NCBI GenBank assembly: GCA_025363375.1
Contig: JANYDZ010000159.1
Span: 1-38,618, forward strand
Direction of reading: 5' to 3'
DNA length: 38,618 nt
From: Hyphomicrobiales bacterium
GTDB lineage: Bacteria > Pseudomonadota > Alphaproteobacteria > Rhizobiales > Beijerinckiaceae
Shown here piece after piece: positions 34,422-38,618 of this stretch; positions within the stretch are counted from its first letter, which is position 1, and the number at the start of each line of letters is the position of its first letter. Position numbers and translations under genes: made by a program. The notes under the pieces were generated by a model that worked only from the letters and a program-made list of their open reading frames with translations, did not search any database and had not been told where the DNA came from.

Positions 34422-36920
34422 TCAAGCCACGTCGGTGATCTGGCCGGGCGCGACACAGGCGACAGGCAAGGTGCAGGTGACAACGGTGCCCTCGCCGGGC
34501 GCCGATTGTATATCGACCGAACCGCCGTGCAATTTGACGAACGCGCGCACAATCGACAAGCCGAGCCCCACGCCGCGATGGCGCGATCCCGTAGTGTGCG
34601 TGTGGAAACGATCGAACACGCGGTCCAGCGTCTCCTGGGGAATGCCCCGGCCCTGGTCGGCCACCTTGAAAACCACCGTTTCCCCGCGCCGGGTCGCCAT
34701 CAATGAAACAGTCTGGCCGGGAGACGAGAAGCCGATGGCGTTCGACAGAAGGTTGAACAAAATCTGACGCAACCGCTTGCCGTCGGCGCGCATGGTTCCG
34801 ACGTTGTCGAGCGTCACTATCTGCAGGTGAATCGCGGCTTCGTCGAGCCTGTCCTGCAGGCCCTCGGCCGCAAGGTCAATGGTCTTGCGGATGTCCACCT
34901 CGCCCAGCGAAAGCTCCATGGCGTCCATGTCGATTGTCGCGAGATCGAGAATGTCGTTGATGATCGCCAGCAGCGCGCCCGAGGACTTCATCACATAGCC
35001 GGTGTATTCGAGCTGTTTGTCGTTCAGTTTGCCCACCGTCCCGTCGGCCAGCAACTGTATGAAGCCGATGATATTCGTCAGCGGCGAGCGCAATTCGTAA
35101 GACACATGGTGCACGAAATTATTGCGCAGGACTTCGGCGTCCTGAAGGGCCTGATTGCGTTGCGTCAGGGCCCGCTCGACTTCCACGCCCGCCGTCACGT
35201 CCGAAAAAGTCAGCAACGTACCGCCGTCGGGAAGCGGCGCCGCCGCGCAGTCGAGCGCCGTCGCGTCGGTGCGGGTCACGCGGCGCTCGAAGCCCGTGCG
35301 CGCGTCGTGAAGACCGGAGACAACCGTGCGCAATTCGCGCCAGCAGGTTTCGTCGGGCAACAACCCGAGACAGAGCCTGGCGACCGTATCAATATGCGGC
35401 TGATCGTTCAGCGCCTTCGGATCGAGCTTCCACAACGACGCGAAGGCGAGATTGAACAGCTTCAGCTTGCCGTCGCTGCCGAACACCGCGACTCCTTCCT
35501 TCAGCGAATCCAGAGTCTCGCTTTGCACCCGCGTCAGCGAATTGTAGCGCGACTCCAGATGGAAGCGCTCGGTCACGTCGTCGAAGAGATAGGTGACGCC
35601 GCCCTGTGGATTGGGATTGACGACGACGCGCAGGGTGCGGCTGTCGGGCAGATACCAAACGAGCTCCTGCGTATCGACCGACTGGTAGGCGGCGTGCAGG
35701 CTGTTCTTCCAGGCGCGGAAATCCGATTGTTCCTGCAAGCGGCGTTCGGCGCGAAGGCGGTCGAGAATTTCCGAATCCGTCGGCTTATGATCGAGGAAGG
35801 CGGTGTCGAGAGACCAGAGCTGACGCCAGGCGGAATTATGGAAGACGAGGCGCTTGGAGCGGTCGAAAATCGCGACCGCCGTGGAAAGCTGGTCGAGCGT
35901 GCGCTTGTGCGCCTCCATCTCGCGGCCGAGATCGGCCTTGATCTGCTCAAGCTCCGACAGATCGATGGCTTGCCCCGCCGAGCCGCCAGGCGCCGCGAGT
36001 TCGACGACATCGAGCATGCGGCGTTCGCTGGCGACGGAGGCCAGCGCGCGGGCGCGCCAGATCGACGACTGCCGCTGCGAGGCTATGGCGGCGTCGCGCG
36101 CGGCGCGATCGAGCAGTTCAACACCGCGCAGCACCGCCTCGTGCGGATCAGCGGCTTCCACCGCGCGCGCATAGGCGGCGTTGACCCAGGTCAACTTGCC
36201 TTCCTGGTCGCGCATCCAAACGGCGTTGGGCACGGAGTCAAGGAGAGTTTTCAACGAATCGAGTTCGGTCAACACCTTGCCATGGCGTTCGCGCAAACGC
36301 GCCAGCTCCAGCCGGTCGCCGGAGACATCGCGAATGCGCAGTACCGCCCTTCCGCCGACAGCGCGGCCTTCCGCCTCAAGATGCCGGCCGCTGGTGCTGG
36401 TCAACGACAGGCGAAAACCCTCGCCGCGGTGGCGCAGGCGCTCGACGCAGACCTCGAATTCCTGCGCGGATTTCGGCGGCAGCCACGAGCCAAAACCCAG
36501 CACGCGGCGCGGCGCCGGCGCGTCGGTCACAAGAGACAAATCGCCTTCAATGTCGGGTTCGCCGCTGGCGGCGCCCCAGGCAATGACAATTTGCGGTTCG
36601 GCGGAAAGAAAAATATTGGCGCGGTCGAGACCGGAGCGAAGTTTCGTCAAATCCGCCGTGAGCGAGGCCTCGCGCTGCGTCCACTGCTTGCGCCCGGTCA
36701 GATGCAGCAGGGTCATGACCGTCGCGATCAGCACCAGCATGACGACGAAGGATACGCCGACGACGCCCTGATTCTCGGACATTTGCTCGATCGGAAAGAT
36801 GGATTGGGATTGCGCCAGGGCGGCGCTTGGCGCGCCGACAACCACCAAAGAGCACAGAACGCGCGCGAATCGCGCGTCTCCCGCCTGATCAACGGCCCGA
36901 TGGCGCCGAAGCAGTCGCAT
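34422..36920 (-). CDS. divL: DivL-type multi-PAS pseudo-histidine kinase
   Basis: H-box VSYELRSPL has Tyr in place of His; PAS repeats; NLLSNAIGFS, DQGRGI and GVGLGL; conserved position upstream of tsaE. Start uncertain (36920, with an AAGGA SD, or 36944/36965). Confidence 0.88.
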   Translation of the reverse strand: MRLLRRHRAVDQAGDARFARVLCSLVVVGAPSAALAQSQSIFPIEQMSENQGVVGVSFVVMLVLIATVMTLLHLTGRKQWTQREASLTADLTKLRSGLDRANIFLSAEPQIVIAWGAASGEPDIEGDLSLVTDAPAPRRVLGFGSWLPPKSAQEFEVCVERLRHRGEGFRLSLTSTSGRHLEAEGRAVGGRAVLRIRDVSGDRLELARLRERHGKVLTELDSLKTLLDSVPNAVWMRDQEGKLTWVNAAYARAVEAADPHEAVLRGVELLDRAARDAAIASQRQSSIWRARALASVASERRMLDVVELAAPGGSAGQAIDLSELEQIKADLGREMEAHKRTLDQLSTAVAIFDRSKRLVFHNSAWRQLWSLDTAFLDHKPTDSEILDRLRAERRLQEQSDFRAWKNSLHAAYQSVDTQELVWYLPDSRTLRVVVNPNPQGGVTYLFDDVTERFHLESRYNSLTRVQSETLDSLKEGVAVFGSDGKLKLFNLAFASLWKLDPKALNDQPHIDTVARLCLGLLPDETCWRELRTVVSGLHDARTGFERRVTRTDATALDCAAAPLPDGGTLLTFSDVTAGVEVERALTQRNQALQDAEVLRNNFVHHVSYELRSPLTNIIGFIQLLADGTVGKLNDKQLEYTGYVMKSSGALLAIINDILDLATIDMDAMELSLGEVDIRKTIDLAAEGLQDRLDEAAIHLQIVTLDNVGTMRADGKRLRQILFNLLSNAIGFSSPGQTVSLMATRRGETVVFKVADQGRGIPQETLDRVFDRFHTHTTGSRHRGVGLGLSIVRAFVKLHGGSVDIQSAPGEGTVVTCTLPVACVAPGQITDVA

Positions 36921-37033
36921 TTCCAATCCTTGTCCCCGAGGCATCGCCGCCAGGCGCAATTTCATGACGACGGACGTCAAACCGAATCAATTTATAATAG
37001 CCACAGGAACAGTTCTGTAGAAAGTAGTTAACC

Positions 37034-37071
37034 AAATGAAAACGCCTCCGCGCCGAAAAGCGCGAAGGCGT
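37034..37071 (-). terminator. Rho-independent terminator of ahcY
   Basis: Minus strand ACGCCTTCGCGC-TTTTCG-GCGCGGAGGCGT, then TTTCATTT. Confidence 0.8.
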
Positions 37072-37108
37072 CCCACTTTATTTTTCGCTGAACCGGAACG
37101 GCGGCGAA

Positions 37109-38515
37109 TCAATAGCGATAAGTGTCCGGCTTGTAGGGGCCCTGCTGCGGCAGGCCGAGATATGTCGCTTGCTGTTCCGAGAGCTTGGTCAACTTCACGC
37201 CTATCTTGGCCAGATGCAGCATCGCGACCTTCTCGTCGAGGTGCTTGGGCAGGGTGTAGACCTTCTTCTGGTAGTGGCCAGGCTTTGTCCACAATTCAAT
37301 CTGCGCCAGCGTCTGGTTGGTGAAGGACGCGGACATGACGAAGGAAGGATGGCCCGTGGCGTTGCCTAGGTTCACGAGGCGGCCTTCGGACAGGAGGATG
37401 ATGCGCTTGCCGCTGGGGAACTCTATCTGGTCGACCTGCGGCTTCACATTGTCCCATTTGAAGTTCTTCAGGCCAGCGACCTGAATTTCCGAGTCGAAAT
37501 GGCCGATGTTGCAGACGATCGCGCGGTCCTTCATGGCGCGCATGTCATCGACGGTGATCACATCCACGTTGCCGGTCGCGGTGACAAAAATATCTGCGCG
37601 GGTCGCGGCTTCTTCCATCGTCACGACCTCATAACCTTCCATCGCCGCCTGCAAGGCGCAGATCGGATCGATTTCGGAGACCAGCACGCGACAGCCGGCA
37701 TTGCGCAGCGAAGCCGCCGAGCCCTTGCCCACATCGCCGAAGCCGGCGACCATGGCGATCTTGCCGGCCATCATCACGTCGGTGCCGCGGCGGATGCCGT
37801 CGACGAGCGATTCTTTGCAACCGTAGAGATTGTCGAACTTCGACTTGGTCACGGAATCGTTGACGTTGATCGCCGGCCAAAGCAGCGAGCCGTCCTTTTC
37901 CATGTTGTAGAGGCGATGCACGCCGGTGGTGGTCTCTTCCGAGACGCCCTTGATAGCGTTTGCGTTGGCCGTGTACCAGCCCTTGTGGGTCTTCAGACGG
38001 GCCTTGATGGCGGCGAAGAGGACTTCCTCTTCCTCATTGGTCGCTTTATCGAGGAAGGCGGTATCGCCGCCCTCGGCGCGTTTGCCGAGATGGATGAGCG
38101 AGGTGGCGTCGCCGCCGTCGTCGAGGATCATGTTGGGCGTGCCGCCATCGGCCCATTCAAAAATCCTGTGGGTGTATTCCCAATAGTCTTTCAGGCTCTC
38201 GCCTTTGGTGGCGAAGACGGGGGTGCCGGCGGCGACAATCGCGGCGGCGGCGTGGTCCTGCGTCGAGTAAATGTTGCAGGAGGCCCAGCGCACGTCGGCG
38301 CCCAGAGCCTTCAGCGTCTCGATGAGGACGCCGGTCTGGATTGTCATGTGCAGAGAGCCGGCGATACGCGCGCCCTTGAGCGGCTGGCTTTTGCCATATT
38401 CAGCGCGGGTAGCCATCAGGCCGGGCATTTCCGTCTCGGCGATGTCAAGCTCCTTGCGGCCAAATTCGGCGAGCTTCATATCGGCGACAGCGTAATCGTG
38501 CTTGGTGTCGGTCAT
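37109..38515 (-). CDS. ahcY: S-adenosyl-L-homocysteine hydrolase
   Basis: [60 protein letters not shown] and YKPDTYRY. Confidence 0.98.
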   Translation of the reverse strand: MTDTKHDYAVADMKLAEFGRKELDIAETEMPGLMATRAEYGKSQPLKGARIAGSLHMTIQTGVLIETLKALGADVRWASCNIYSTQDHAAAAIVAAGTPVFATKGESLKDYWEYTHRIFEWADGGTPNMILDDGGDATSLIHLGKRAEGGDTAFLDKATNEEEEVLFAAIKARLKTHKGWYTANANAIKGVSEETTTGVHRLYNMEKDGSLLWPAINVNDSVTKSKFDNLYGCKESLVDGIRRGTDVMMAGKIAMVAGFGDVGKGSAASLRNAGCRVLVSEIDPICALQAAMEGYEVVTMEEAATRADIFVTATGNVDVITVDDMRAMKDRAIVCNIGHFDSEIQVAGLKNFKWDNVKPQVDQIEFPSGKRIILLSEGRLVNLGNATGHPSFVMSASFTNQTLAQIELWTKPGHYQKKVYTLPKHLDEKVAMLHLAKIGVKLTKLSEQQATYLGLPQQGPYKPDTYRY

Positions 38516-38565
38516 TGCGGAGTTCCGGGGGTTGGGGGAAGGTTAAGGCGTGTGAATGCGGCGGG

Positions 38566-38594
38566 TCTATAACAGGGCACGACGCGGGAGGCAA
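38566..38594 (-). promoter_or_regulatory. Putative sigma70 promoter of ahcY
   Basis: TTGCCT-N17-TATAGA with an extended -10 TG. Confidence 0.65.
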
Positions 38595-38600
38595 TAAAGA

Positions 38601-38618
38601 TATAAGGAAGTCTTTATG
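38601..38618. promoter_or_regulatory. Putative SahR operator
   Basis: Imperfect palindrome CATAAAGACTTCCTTATA (minus strand) resembling the alphaproteobacterial SahR motif (ATAAAG-N4-CTTTAT, from memory), just upstream of the ahcY -35. It may be clipped by the window edge. Confidence 0.65.

Noticed and set aside
37017-37042. GTTAACCA half-site upstream of divL as a CtrA site
   Set aside because: Only one good half-site, and it abuts the ahcY terminator tail; too weak to call.
38516-38565. SAH or SAM riboswitch upstream of ahcY
   Set aside because: No recognisable aptamer motifs, and the leader is too short given the predicted promoter.
1-38618. CRISPR arrays, tRNA/rRNA genes, transposases, integrases, prophage or defence genes
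   Set aside because: None seen. Nearly all of the sequence is accounted for by the listed genes, and no regularly spaced repeats were noticed by eye.

Overview
GC-rich chromosomal segment of an alphaproteobacterium, probably Hyphomicrobiales/Rhizobiales (inferred from gene order). The right ~28 kb is conserved core: YgjP-like M48 protein, phaZ, regB/regA, mmcB, a GMC oxidoreductase, a cobalamin-riboswitch-controlled btuB-btuC-btuD operon with divergent btuF and cobU/cobP, an aminotransferase with potF, and ahcY-divL-tsaE/amgK-murU-addB-addA-trxA. The left ~10.7 kb looks accessory: a UbiD decarboxylase (cut by the window edge), an MmgE/PrpD protein, a type-B carboxylesterase, a truncated FAH-family gene and a family III CoA-transferase. 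Embedded among these is the best candidate for an undescribed system, a tight three-gene operon at 786-5584 (minus strand). It encodes a D-Ala-D-Ala-ligase-like ATP-grasp enzyme with remodelled substrate motifs, an 801-aa MFS transporter carrying two tandem periplasmic sensor-like modules, and a Tat-exported solute-binding protein with no ABC partners. A near-consensus CtrA box lies upstream of it. All calls come from reading motifs by eye; no database search was run.
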